Shown here: positions 51,353 to 64,000 of the stretch, piece by piece
Layout: every line of letters begins with the position of its first letter
Numbering within the stretch: the stretch's first letter is position 1
Translations under genes and position numbers: made by a program
Notes under the pieces: generated by a model
Database searches by the model: none
The model's input: the letters and a program-made list of their open reading frames with translations, nothing else
Told to the model about the DNA's origin: nothing
Source: Eledone cirrhosa
Taxonomy: Eukaryota
Assembly: GCA_964016885.1 (NCBI GenBank)
Contig: OZ024749.1
Location: 12,958,001-13,022,000 of the forward strand
DNA: 64,000 bases
Direction: 5' to 3'

Positions 51353-51538
51353 AATAATTGTTTCTACTTTTGGCACAAGGCCAGTAATTATCCCAGTGCA
51401 TTACTGGTACTTTATTTTATCGACCCCGTAAGGATGAAAGGCAAAGTTAACCTCGGCGGGATTTGAACTCAGATCATAAAGGGGCGTAACTCTATACGTG
51501 AAAGCATGGCGTCCGACCCTCTACCGATACTGCCAATC
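51353..51538 (-). mobile_element. Full-length SINE of the same family, tail-to-tail with 51152-51335
   Basis: Reverse complement of the preceding copy with scattered substitutions. Confidence 0.9.
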
Positions 51539-51976
51539 GACTTTGAAATAATAGCTTATCTTTATGACTGAATAACGCAGTCAAAATTTTTATATCCATT
51601 ATTAAAAATATCCTTTGGAGATGTATTTTTTATATTTTTTATATTTTAAATTTTATATTTGAACTGCACCCCTGCGCTTATTAATTTATACACTTTTGTA
51701 ATGCTTATGATATATGTCTTGCACTATACTTAACCTTTCTATAGAAGTATGTTTCTCTATAGCAGCATGTTTTCAAAATGTTTAATGCTTTGAGCTGCTC
51801 CTAATTTTATTTTATTGCATTTATATGATCATAATTTTCCATATGCTTCTTCTGCATTTGCTATCTTTTCTTATATAAATGTTGATACTTATGCTTACTT
51901 CCCATATTATGTGTCCTCCTAATATTCTTGTGACAAACTTCTGATATTATATTTGTGGTTCAACCTTCATTATATA

Positions 51977-52024
51977 TACTCCGATGAAAACAGCCTTGTG
52001 CTAGGCTGAAACGATCGTAAGTGA
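51977..52024 (+). ncRNA. Minimal hammerhead-like motif (CCGAUGA core)
   Basis: act-CCGATGA-aaac-agcct-tgtgct-aggct-GAAA-cgatcg-TA-agt. Palindromic CGATCG stem III and 3-bp stem I. Confidence 0.65.
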
Positions 52025-52736
52025 TTAAATGTTCTAAACACTCTTTGATTGTTGTTTATATATATATATATATATACATACATACACACACACATACATA
52101 CATACATACATACATACATACATACATACATACATACATACATACATACATACATACATACATACATACATTTGTATATATAGATGCACGTGCATATTGA
52201 ACCATATATAAATCTACATATACACACTCATATATAGACATGCCGCCATTTATATTTGATCCCCTTTTAAAGACCCCCATTAAAAGCCCGAGAATATTAA
52301 ACTAATTGTCTTCCACCCACTTTAGGGGGTCCCAACTAACTCCCTCTTTCTCCTTCTACACACCCTAAATCACTTAACAGATAAGGGCTCACCCTTAATT
52401 TATGTCTAGGTCTCTTATCCTCCCCAACCCCACACCGCAGGCAGCAATTTATTTATTTCACAATAAAGTTCCATCACTTGCGTTCAAAGTATCTCTCTAT
52501 CTACCTCTCTCTCTCTCTCTATCTATCTATCTCTATCACTCCCACTATCTATCTCTCACTCACTCAATCTATCTATCTATAAATGCGTGAGTGTTTACGT
52601 GTGTGTATGTGCGCCTGTGCGTGAATGTATTTGTGTACTGATGTTATCGAATTAAAACATGCAAAAAACTAAAACTAGTAGCCCGTTTTCTTAATTTAAT
52701 TTCCCCATGAAAGTAGCATTAATGCCTTCATCTGAC

Positions 52737-52775
<39 letters not shown>

Positions 52776-53538
52776 CAATATTAATAAATGGAAAATATCT
52801 TGATAAAACCATATTTTTTTTATTATACATATTCCAAGGACACAACATTTTAGTGTGCTTTCATCAGATAAAATATAATATTTGGTGTTAAGATACTGGC
52901 GTGCCTTAGCGTAAACTTACTAGTATAAACCCACTAACGACCGTAATAAAATTAAAATGGTATGATAAAGATATTTTCCGTCTATTAATATTGTTTATAT
53001 TAATAATATTCCGGTAAAAATGTGTAGAGTGCTTCAAATCTGTTATAAAATCAATTCTGTTGAATAATAATTAACAAGCCGTATAAGTCGGGATATATGC
53101 AGTAAAATCGTGTTAGACATTACTCACGATACTTGGGCTAGTAGAGTGTGGTAATATGAAGGATTTGGAACCCCGTTTCAACAGCTATTTCCTAACTTGA
53201 AGATGGCTGTTGAAACGGTAAGAGCTCAGCCGTAGGGGTCCCGAATCCTTCATATATATATATATATATATATATAACAAAGGAATTGTGGTAAGGAACC
53301 AGATGGACCATAACGCACCAGACTATTCAATACTTAAGGTAGTAGAGTGGAAATAGGAAACGGCATATATGTGTGCGTGTGTGTATATGTGTGTGTGTAT
53401 AGATAGATAGATATAGAAAGAGAGACAGAGAGAGTCTGCGGAAATATTACTACAGCCTTGAAAAAGGGTTGCTGAACACACAAGCCGAAACCGCTTGGCG
53501 CCACGGTTGGGATTGTTCATCTCTCTCTCTCCGCACCC

Positions 53539-53575
<37 letters not shown>

Positions 53576-53576
53576 A

Positions 53577-53630
<54 letters not shown>

Positions 53631-54119
53631 TTCGAATTTCTTTACAGCCGTTTACCATTGTATTCGCTTGAGTGAGATTGAGACTGAGAAAATGAAGTGC
53701 ATCATATAAAATGTCAAAATATTCGTTTATATTCTTCTTCCCTCTCCGACCCCTTCTCCTGGTCCTGTGCCCCTCATCATCCTCCTGCTTCTCCTCCTTC
53801 TCATCATCATCATCATCATCATCATCATTACTGTTTCATCATAATTATCATAATCATCATCTTTTTCCTCATCATCATCATCTTCTTTCTCTTCTTCAGT
53901 TCCACCTGCCCCTTAACCCCCTCCCTCCAATCCCCTCCTTCAACCTCCCTCCCCCTCCAATCCACCCCTCCAGTATAAAACAATGGCCGACTGATATTGG
54001 TTATAAACTATTATTATTCCCAATCAATAATAAGAAATATAATTTCCCCTAACATAATACCTGCAGGAAACTTACTTTAATCACAATGAAAACTTAATAT
54101 TCATTACTTTTATGATTAT

Positions 54120-54260
54120 ACTCTTTTACTGGTTTCAGTTATTAGACTGCGACCATGCTGGAGTACTGCCTTGTTCCCAACCGCAAACTTATTGTATATA
54201 TATATAAATCTAGAATTAACTTTTTTTCATGTTATTTCAGTTATTAGACTGCGACCATGT
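54120..54260 (-). mobile_element. SINE/LINE 3' tail fragments (partly duplicated) of the type ending the LINE at 48020-48418
   Basis: Reverse complement ggcagtactccagcatggtcgcagtctaataactgaaaccagtaaaagag. Confidence 0.6.
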
Positions 54261-54287
54261 AGGTAAGGCTTTCTTAACAATCAAATA

Positions 54288-54500
54288 ACCTTCAGACACA
54301 CTGGTAAGCGATCATCCACGAAGCTGCCAAGCCACATGCGGTCACTCAAAGATGCAGGCATGAATTTCTCCATTCAATGGAAAGTCCTAGTCAAATCCAG
54401 GTCATAAAGCAATGGATCTGTGTCCAGTAAGCTGTGTATAGATGAAAAAGTGAATATCTTGCAGAGGTTACGTAATAGTACTAGCCTTAACACAAGTTAA
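54288..54500 (+). pseudogene. Decayed C-terminal GIY-YIG fragment of a PLE-2-type element
   Basis: Hand translation FRHTGKRSSTKLPSHMRSLKDAGMNFSIQWKVLVKSRS*SNGSVSSKLCIDEKVNIL matches STTLARRIWELKD..YSINW...C.LC..E of PLE-2. Confidence 0.7.
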
Positions 54501-54793
54501 GGCTAGTTATCTAGTATCTGTTAATTAACTGAAAAGACCCGTGATAACTATAGATCTTACCAGAAATGAACTGAAACGAAAATTGCCTTCCCCCTGCATC
54601 AGTTCTCTCACTTGTCACCAAACTACCGCCGTCTGTCGCGCAGAATCCACTCACCTCATATACACTTCCGTTCTCATCGCAGCTGTACACAGGTTAAAAA
54701 TCTGTTTGGTGAAATGTACGTCCTCGAGTATGGTTTGCTAATTTGTTGTGAAACTATATCCTCCCAGTTTTCACCACAGTACATATATATATA

Positions 54794-54874
<81 letters not shown>

Positions 54875-55103
54875 ATGGTGTTACTAGAAAATGCACAAAG
54901 AATAACAGTTACATAAGATGAACAGCCAATTGTATCTTTACTTCGTCAGCCACTATACCAGCGTGTGTGTATGTGTGCCTGTATATGTATATGTGTGTGT
55001 GTATGTATGTATGTATGTATGTGTGTGTGTGTATGTGTGTGTAGTTGTTTTTCACCCAATTAACAAACCCTCATAGATCACCCACCAGCTTGCAGCTGTT
55101 TGT

Positions 55104-55148
<45 letters not shown>

Positions 55149-55674
55149 CACACATATACATATATACACAAATGCTCACACGTAAAAGCATACATACACA
55201 CATATACATGCATATATCCAAACATATATATATACACACACAGACATACACAGACATACACACATGCATCACGTACCCACACACCTACACACAGTGACGA
55301 CTGCATCTTCAACCAAATATCTCCCCCCCCCCATCCTCCCTCTTATAATTTATCTTCCTCTCCCTCACTCCATCCTACTCCCCCTTTTATCTTTCCATTT
55401 GCCCATCCCCATTTTCCTCCCCCTATGTCTCTTCTCTCCCCCTCTCTCTCTCCGTTACCACATGCAAAGGAAGTTATAGGGGGGATTGACACAATTTACT
55501 CTCGCTCTCTCCCACTCTCTCTCACTCTCTCTCTCTCTTTGCCTGTCTCTCTGTATCTCTCTCTCTCTCCCCCTCTCTCTCACAGTCATATCTGCTGCCT
55601 TAAGGGTGGCATCTCGCACAAACAGAAGGACAATTTTCATATTTACGCGTAATTAAGCCTGTACGAATTATAAC

Positions 55675-55717
<43 letters not shown>

Positions 55718-56286
55718 CATACATATATGCATACACACATATATACATACATAAACACATATATACATACATGCATACACACATATACATATATACACAT
55801 ATATATATATACACATATATTTATGTGTATATATGTGTATATATATACATAAATATATATATATATATATATATACATAAATATATACATATATATATAT
55901 ATATATATAATATATATATATATAAATACACACACACACACACATATATATATATACCTATGTGTGTGTGTATCTGTGTATACTTGTATGTGTGCATTAT
56001 ATTATACTTGAACACAAAAGTAACTGGTGACGTGTTGCTGTTGTAACTTACTATTGTCGGTCTGTCTGTCTGTCAGGCTGTGGTTGGTTGATAATGTGGC
56101 TAACCAAATACAGAGAGATAATAGCAATGGAAGTGAGAAATAGAGAGACCCTCCCCCTCCCTCCACATGTTACGTCACGTGCTTCACAAATATCTAATCC
56201 CTCTAATTGAACCGGCGAATGAGTCGTTAGAGCCCAGGACAAAATGCCTATACTCAGATTTGTTGCATATATATTTAAAACATATA

Positions 56287-56452
56287 CCATATTTCTCGGC
56301 GCCGAAGACGCTTCGTCCTCGAGGACGCACCCTAATTTTGACAACCAAAAATTTGAAAAAAAAATAATAAACAACTTTCGGTCTCCATGACGCATTGGTA
56401 GATTTTTAAGACTTTTATTAAAAAATAGCGTCTTCGATGCCGGGATATACGG
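56287..56452. mobile_element. Tc1/mariner (Tc2-like) MITE
   Basis: TIRs ccatatttctcggcgccgaagacgc / gcgtcttcgatgccgggatatacgg, flanked by TA on both sides. Confidence 0.72.
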
Positions 56453-56870
56453 TATACAAAATATATAGTAATAACAGTAAGGGGCATTTAGAACTTGATA
56501 GAATCTTAGGGGCACCATCCAGACAATCATTTGTGTATGTATGTATATATTGAAAACAATAAGTGCACAGGATAAAGACAACGGAAGAAACCACCGAAGA
56601 ACGGACATTCCTCTTCAGTGAACCTCTGGAAATCACTACAGTCTCGATTCTTAAAAATGATACTATTCATTCCATTGCACATATATAAATTTCGATTTAG
56701 GCGTGCTATTTAGAAAGACAAACGGGCTGCAGTTTGTCCATGATTGTTCTAAACTAAGAGTAATAACGTTCTTATCCTCAGCTGTATATCCCTTCTACGG
56801 CTCTCTGCTCCCTAAAATCAAATACCTCTCTAGTTAAATATATACAATAATGCACCATCTAAAGCAATAA

Positions 56871-57013
56871 ACCGCTACTACACTTTCGAATCATGTTTGG
56901 AAACTGAAAGACAAAGAAGAGATTATAATTCTATGGGTAGGGCTAGATATGGCACAAGTATTTAGGAACGGATAAAAATGCTGCCACTTAAGTTCTACAG
57001 AGAAACTTTATAT
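56871..57013 (+). pseudogene. Decayed C-terminal GIY-YIG fragment of a PLE-2-type element
   Basis: Hand translation TATTLSNHVWKLKDKEEIIILWVGLDMAQVFRNG*KCCHLSSTEKLY. Confidence 0.65.
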
Positions 57014-57400
57014 GCATTACGAGTTTAATGATGTAAGTTCGAGAAAAATAAAACAAAAACAAAAAAACAATAGTTTCAAAAACCAGAATCTATATTCTAG
57101 ATTTTTCCTTGGGAATTTAAAAGAAGTCGCCTATTGCCAGCTGGATGACAGAGGGCTTCAATGGTTTGCATCAATTACACCGTTGCATTCCTCTTATTTC
57201 CAAGGCATTGACGTAATAAAACCGAGAGCTAACGAAGCAATGGCCTGGGTGAGTTATAATCCCTGGTTATCTCTCAAATAAATAAACACATATATCAGAT
57301 TCTACACATTTCGAATACGAGCTTGAATTGAGAACATTTATGTTTTCGTATCCCTAAAATAAACCAAAATAAAACAACAACCTAACTAGCTATGCGTATT

Positions 57401-57461
<61 letters not shown>

Positions 57462-57615
57462 CATACACATATGTATGTATATATATATAGGTACATACAC
57501 ATATATATATATATATGTATGTATGTATATATTCAGAATAATAATAAATGAAGATATTCACATAATCAAAATATATGTTTTATGTATGTATATATATATA
57601 TGTGTGTGTGTGTGA

Positions 57616-57675
<60 letters not shown>

Positions 57676-58089
57676 AAACCAACCAGCCAACCAAAGGAAT
57701 AGCAGCAACAAATCCTAAAGCCCGCAAAAGCTGTTTGTTTTGTGATAAAAGTCTGAAGTGTGAAGTCGGGAGAGAAATGTCTGCCAAAATGAAGCTTTCT
57801 AGATTTCCGTGCCAATAATAATGGCAACATTGAATTCTTCAGCTCCTCTGAGCACATATATATATATCGTTCCTTTCTACATCTCACTTGACTCCCTTAC
57901 TTTAGGTGTGAGATTATATATCTATGTATATGTGTGTGAGAGTATATGTGAGTGTTTGTGTGCAGTGTTTGTATGTGAGTTTGGGTATGTGTGACGATTG
58001 TGTATGTACTAACATGGAGAGGATGTGGTGCGATGTGAAGTTATATACTCTGCATTCAATTGGAATATTTTGTATAAATGAATATGAGC

Positions 58090-58143
<54 letters not shown>

Positions 58144-58191
58144 CCATGATCTAATAAAATATTGTATATACATACACACACACACATATAT

Positions 58192-58307
<116 letters not shown>

Positions 58308-58389
58308 TAGATAGATTTCTTTATTAGCCACAGGGGCACAAAAGAAGGGGACAAATACAAAGGGGGAAGTTTACATACAATAAAAACGT

Positions 58390-58440
<51 letters not shown>

Positions 58441-58660
58441 GGATGATATATATATGTGATATATACATACATAAATATATGATATAGAATATATACATCG
58501 TGTTATATATATATAGGGGTGGAAGCAGATCCATGCCACTAAACTCTGTATCCCTCGCACCACCACCATCTTCATCGCCACCGTCATCATCTTCATCACC
58601 AACATCATCACACTGCTTGTGGTGATTGACGGGGATGGAGAGAGTGTGGAGGCCATTGCT

Positions 58661-61600
58661 ACTGTTGGTTGTAGTAGTGTTGGTTGTAGTAGTGTTGGTT
58701 GTAGTAGTGTTGGTTGTAGTAGTGTTGGTTGTAGTAGTGTTGGTTGAAGTAGTGTTGGTTGAGGTAGTGTTGGTTGTAGTAGTGTTGGTTGTAGTAGTGT
58801 TGGTTGAAGTAGTGTTGGTTGAGGTAGTGTTGGTTGAAGTAGTGTTGGTTGTAGTAGTGTTGGTTGTAGTAGTGTTGGTTGAAGTAGTGTTGGTTGAAGT
58901 AGTGTTGGTTGTAGTAGTGTTGGTTGTAGTAGTGTTGGTTGTAGTAGTGTTGGTTGTAGTAGTGTTGGTTGTAGTAGTGTTGGTTGAAGTAGTGTTGGTT
59001 GAGGTAGTGTTGGTTGTAGTAGTGTTGGTTGAGGTAGTGTTGGTTGTAGTAGTGTTGGTTGAGGTAGTGTTGGTTGTAGTAGTGTTGGTTGTAGTAGTGT
59101 TGGTTGAAGTAGTGTTGGTTGTAGTAGTGTTGGTTGTAGTAGTGTTGGTTGTAGTAGTGTTGGTTGTAGTAGTGTTGGTTGTAGTAGTGTTGGTTGTAGT
59201 AGTGTTGGTTGAAGTAGTGTTGGTTGTAGTAGTGTTGGTTGTAGTAGTGTTGGTTGTAGTAGTGTTGGTTGAAGTAGTGTTGGTTGTAGTAGTGTTGGTT
59301 GTAGTAGTGTTGGTTGTAGTAGTGTTGGTTGTAGTAGTATTGGTTGAAGTAGTGTTGGTTGAGGTAGTGTTGGTTGTAGTAGTGTTGGTTGAAGTAGTGT
59401 TGGTTGTAGTAGTGTTGGTTGTAGTAGTATTGGTTGAAGTAGTGTTGGTTGAGGTAGTGTTGGTTGTAGTAGTGTTGGTTGAAGTAGTGTTGGTTGTAGT
59501 AGTGTTGGTTGTAGTAGTATTGGTTGAAGTAGTGTTGGTTGAGGTAGTGTTAGTTATAGTAGTGTTGGTTGTAGTAGTGTTGGTTGTAGTAGTGTTGGTT
59601 GTAGTAGTGTTGGTTGTAGTAGTGTTGGTTGAAGTAGTGTTGGTTGTAGTAGTGTTGGTTGTAGTAGTGTTGGTTGTAGTAGTGTTGGTTGTAGTAGTGT
59701 TGGTTGTAGTAGTGTTGGTTGTAGTAGTGTTGGTTGTAGTAGTGTTGGTTGAAGTAGTGTTGGTTGTAGTAGTGTTGGTTGTAGTAGTGTTGGTTGTAGT
59801 AGTGTTGGTTGTAGTAGTGTTGGTTGAAGTAGTGTTGGTTGTAGTAGTGTTGGTTGTAGTAGTGTTGGTTGTAGTAGTGTTGGTTGTAGTAGTGTTGGTT
59901 GTAGTAGTGTTGGTTGAAGTAGTGTTGGTTGAAGTAGTGTTGGTTGTAGTAGTGTTGGTTGTAGTAGTGTTGGTTGTAGTAGTGTTGGTTGTAGTAGTGT
60001 TGGTTGTAGTAGTGTTGGTTGAAGTAGTGTTTGTTGTAGTAGTGTTGGTTGAGGTAGTGTTGGTTGTAGTAGTGTTGGTTGAAGTAGTGTTGGTTGAAGT
60101 AGTGTTGGTTGTAGTAGTGTTGGTTGTAGTAGTGTTGGTTGTAGTAGTGTTGGTTATTCTAGTGGTGGTTGTAGTAGTGTTGGTTGTAGTAGTGTTGGTT
60201 GTAGTAGTGTTGGTTGAAGTAGTGTTGGTTGTAGTAGTGTTGGTTGTAGTAGTGTTGGTTGTAGTAGTGTTGGTTGTAGTAGTGTTGGTTATTCTAGTGG
60301 TGGTTGTAGTAGTGTTGGTTGTAGTAGTATTGGTTGAAGTAGTGTTGGTTGAGGTAGTGTTGGTTGTAGTAGTGTTGGTTGAAGTAGTGTTGGTTGTAGT
60401 AGTGTTGGTTGTAGTAGTATTGGTTGAAGTAGTGTTGGTTGAGGTAGTGTTGGTTGTAGTAGTGTTGGTTGAAGTAGTGTTGGTTGTAGTAGTGTTGGTT
60501 GTAGTAGTATTGGTTGAAGTAGTGTTGGTTGAGGTAGTGTTAGTTATAGTAGTGTTGGTTGTAGTAGTGTTGGTTGTAGTAGTGTTGGTTGTAGTAGTGT
60601 TGGTTGTAGTAGTGTTGGTTGAAGTAGTGTTGGTTGTAGTAGTGTTGGTTGTAGTAGTGTTGGTTGTAGTAGTGTTGGTTGTAGTAGTGTTGGTTGTAGT
60701 AGTGTTGGTTGTAGTAGTGTTGGTTGTAGTAGTGTTGGTTGAAGTAGTGTTGGTTGTAGTAGTGTTGGTTGTAGTAGTGTTGGTTGTAGTAGTGTTGGTT
60801 GTAGTAGTGTTGGTTGAAGTAGTGTTGGTTGTAGTAGTGTTGGTTGTAGTAGTGTTGGTTGTAGTAGTGTTGGTTGTAGTAGTGTTGGTTGTAGTAGTGT
60901 TGGTTGAAGTAGTGTTGGTTGAAGTAGTGTTGGTTGTAGTAGTGTTGGTTGTAGTAGTGTTGGTTGTAGTAGTGTTGGTTGTAGTAGTGTTGGTTGTAGT
61001 AGTGTTGGTTGAAGTAGTGTTTGTTGTAGTAGTGTTGGTTGAGGTAGTGTTGGTTGTAGTAGTGTTGGTTGAAGTAGTGTTGGTTGAAGTAGTGTTGGTT
61101 GTAGTAGTGTTGGTTGTAGTAGTGTTGGTTGTAGTAGTGTTGGTTATTCTAGTGGTGGTTGTAGTAGTGTTGGTTGTAGTAGTGTTGGTTGTAGTAGTGT
61201 TGGTTGAAGTAGTGTTGGTTGTAGTAGTGTTGGTTGTAGTAGTGTTGGTTGTAGTAGTGTTGGTTGTAGTAGTGTTGGTTATTCTAGTGGTGGTTGTAGT
61301 AGTGTTGGTTGTAGTAGTGTTGGTTGAAGTAGTGTTGGTTGAAGTAGTGTTGGTTGTAGTAGTGTTGGTTGTAGTAGTGTTGGTTGTAGTAGTGTTGGTT
61401 GAGGTAGTGTTGGTTGTAGTAGTGTTGGTTGTAGTAGTGTTGGTTGAAGTAGTGTTGGTTGAAGTAGTGTTGGTTGAAGTAGTGTTGGTTGTAGTAGTGT
61501 TGGTTGTAGTAGTGTTGGTTGTAGTAGTGTTGGTTATTCTAGTGGTGGTTGTAGTAGTGTTGGTTGTAGTAGTGTTGGTTGTAGTAGTGTTGGTTGAAGT

Positions 61601-62060
61601 AGTGTTGGTTGTAGTAGTGTTGGTTGTAGTAGTGTTGGTTGTAGTAGTGTTGGTTGTAGTAGTGTTGGTTGAAGTAGTGTTGGTTGAAGTAGTGTTGGTT
61701 ATAGTAGTGTTGGTTTGTTGGTTGTAGTAGTGTTGGTTGTAGTAGTGTGGTTGTAGTAGTGTTGGTTGTAGTAGTGTGGTTGTAGTAGTGTTGGCTGTAG
61801 TAGTGCTGGTTGTAGTAGTGTTGGTTGTTCTAGTGGTGGTTGTAGTAGTGTTGGTTGTATTAGTGTTGGTTGTAGTAGCGTTGGTTGAGGTAGTGTTGGT
61901 TGTAGTAGTGTTGGTTGTAGTAGTGTGGTTGTAGTAGTGTTGGCTGTAGTAGTGTTGGCTGTAGTATTGCTGGTTGTAGTAGTGTTGGTTGTTCTAGTGG
62001 TGGTTGTAGTAGTGTTGGTTGTAGTAGTGTTTGTTGTTCTAGTGGTGCTTGTAGTAGTTT
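58661..62060. repeat. 15-bp tandem array (tggttgtagtagtgt)n, about 3.4 kb, with a 990-bp higher-order duplication
   Basis: Exact 15-nt register to about 61720. Rare variants recur 990 bp apart. Confidence 0.97.
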
Positions 62061-62132
62061 TAGTGGTATTTGTAGTTGTGGATGTAGTGCTGATGTGACT
62101 GACTTTCTACAGGTGTTTATAGATGAGATACA

Positions 62133-62960
62133 GGTGGTGATGGTGGTAGTGGTGATGGTGGTAGTTGTGGTGGATGTGGTGGTGTAGTGGTGGTGGTGGT
62201 GGTGGTGGTGGTGATGGTGGTGGTGGATGTGGTGGTGGTGGTGATGGCGGTAGTGGTGGTGGATGTGGTGGTGGTGGTGTAGTGGTGGTGATGGTGGTGG
62301 TGGTGGTGGGTGAGGTAGTGGTGGTGGTGGTGGTAGTTGTGGTGGATGTGGTAGTGGTGGTTGTGCTGGTGGGGTTAGTTGTGGTGGTGGTGGTGGTGGT
62401 AGTGGTGGTGGTGGTAGTTGTGGTGGTGGTGATGGTGGTGGTGATGGTGGTGGTGATGGTGGTGGTGATGGTGGTTGTGCTGATGAGGGTAGTTGTGGTG
62501 GTGTTGGTGGTGGTGGTGATGGTGATGGTGGTGATGGTAGTGGTGGTGGTGGTGGTGATGGTGGTTGTACTGATGGGGGTAGTTGTGCTGGTGTTGCTGG
62601 TGGTGGTGATGGTGATGGTGGTGATGGTAGTGGTGGTGGTGGTGGTGGTGATGGTGGTTGTACTGATGGGGGTAGTTGTGCTGGTGTTGGTGGTGGTGGT
62701 GGTGATGGTGGTGATGGTGGTGGTGGTAGTAGCGATGGTGGTGGTGATAGTGACGGTGGTGGTAGTGGTGGTGATGGTGGTGGTGGTGATTGTGTGGTTG
62801 TTGTTGCAGTTGTTATTGTTGTTGTTGATGTTCGCGTGGTTGGTAATGTTGGTGTTGTAGATGTTGAATGTAGTGGTGGTGTTGTTGTTGCTGTCGTTGT
62901 TGCTGTTGCTGTTGCTGCTGTTGTTGTTGTTGCTGCTGCTGGGGTTGCTGTTGTTATTGT
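62133..62960. repeat. Degenerate (GGT/GAT/GTT)n triplet array
   Basis: Seen directly. Confidence 0.85.
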
Positions 62961-63693
62961 TAAAGGTGATTACCAAAATGAGTCATCATATTTTTCGAAA
63001 ATCCTCCTATTGATTGGTAAGTGACCGTAAAGGTTAGTATTGAGTAATGGCGTCATCCACTAACTCCCTCTACCGACCACGACCCACAATACACCACTCC
63101 ACATCATTCCACACACCACTCCACATCATTCCACACACCACACTCCACATCACTCCTATAACGCCCTCTACCGACCAAACCACACACTACACACCACACC
63201 ACTACACACCACTTGTTACCACACACCACCCCACTTCACCCCTCTAGCGCCCTCTACCGACCATACCACACCATCACACCCCACTTCATCCCTTTAGCGC
63301 CTTTAGTATGCCCGACACAGCATACCACTCCACATCAGACACCACACCACACCCCACACCACATCAGACACCACACCACTCCACACCCCACCACACCACA
63401 CACCACTCCACATCAGACACCACACACCACACCACACACCACCCCACACCCCACACCATACCACTCCACACCCCGCACCACTCCACGCACCACACCACTC
63501 CACATCAGCCACCACACCATTCCACCCCCCACCCTACACCACACCCCACGTCACACCACACACGGCGCCACCACACCACAACTCCACACACCATACCACA
63601 CACCGCTCCACTACACTCCACTAACACTTTACAATACAAACAAGACATGCGCAGTAAAGACAAGCAATAGATGGACGATCAGACCATACGACC

Positions 63694-63710
63694 TGCCGCT
63701 AGATGGCGCT
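63694..63710 (+). promoter_or_regulatory. Candidate CTCF binding motif
   Basis: tgccgctagatggcgct matches the CCRSYAGRKGGCGC core. Confidence 0.4.
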
Positions 63711-64000
63711 TTGTGGTGTAAGCCGTCACATTCATATATTTCAATGGCGTTTATCATAGCCGACCTGTTAGATGGCTGTTGTTTAACCCTAGGTAGGCTC
63801 CAGGTCACTTCCGATCAAACAGGCAGACCTAGGATCAAATCACTTCCAGCCGTGACCATCACGTCGTTTACTCTTAGTTGCTTGGTTGTGTGTGTGCGTG
63901 TGTGTGTGTGAATGTGTGTGAATGTGTGTGTGAGTGTGAATGTGTGTGTGAATGTGCGTGTGTGTGAATGTGTGTGTGAATGTGTGTGCTTATAATCGTT

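Noticed and set aside
56570-56625. Minus-strand CTGAAGA followed by a ggaa/ttcc stem
   Set aside because: The GAAA half of the hammerhead core is missing.
58626-61727. 1033-aa VVVVL ORF, or mucin-like TTTTN reading on the minus strand
   Set aside because: A consequence of a stop-free 15-bp unit. No signal peptide, splice or domain evidence.

Overview
Eukaryotic, AT-rich, microsatellite-saturated DNA. The SINE and LINE families look cephalopod, probably Octopus (inference from repeat motifs). There is no confidently recognisable host gene, and most ORF-track entries are translations of simple repeats. The window holds four large tandem arrays (79-bp satellite, 3.7-kb AAC/AGT array, 42-bp CCAAT-box minisatellite, 15-bp array), tRNA-derived SINEs, RTE and CR1/L2-type LINE 3' ends, hAT and Tc2-type MITEs, and many Penelope-like element (PLE) pieces, mostly within or beside (TA)n tracts. 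The main finding is an apparently intact minus-strand PLE at about 22.6-28.2 kb with two ORFs: a 421-aa helical/coiled-coil ORF1 and a 758-aa RT + GIY-YIG ORF2 in the -1 frame. Their short overlap carries a correctly phased U UUU UUA slippery heptamer in an HIV-gag/pol-like FLGK context, suggesting programmed -1 ribosomal frameshifting. Its pseudo-LTRs carry a minimal hammerhead ribozyme with a compensatory U3-A8 core. A second, disabled PLE of a different clade (41.8-45.5 kb) has a hammerhead with a long stem II. Several more hammerhead variants, some in fold-back palindromes, are scattered through the window.
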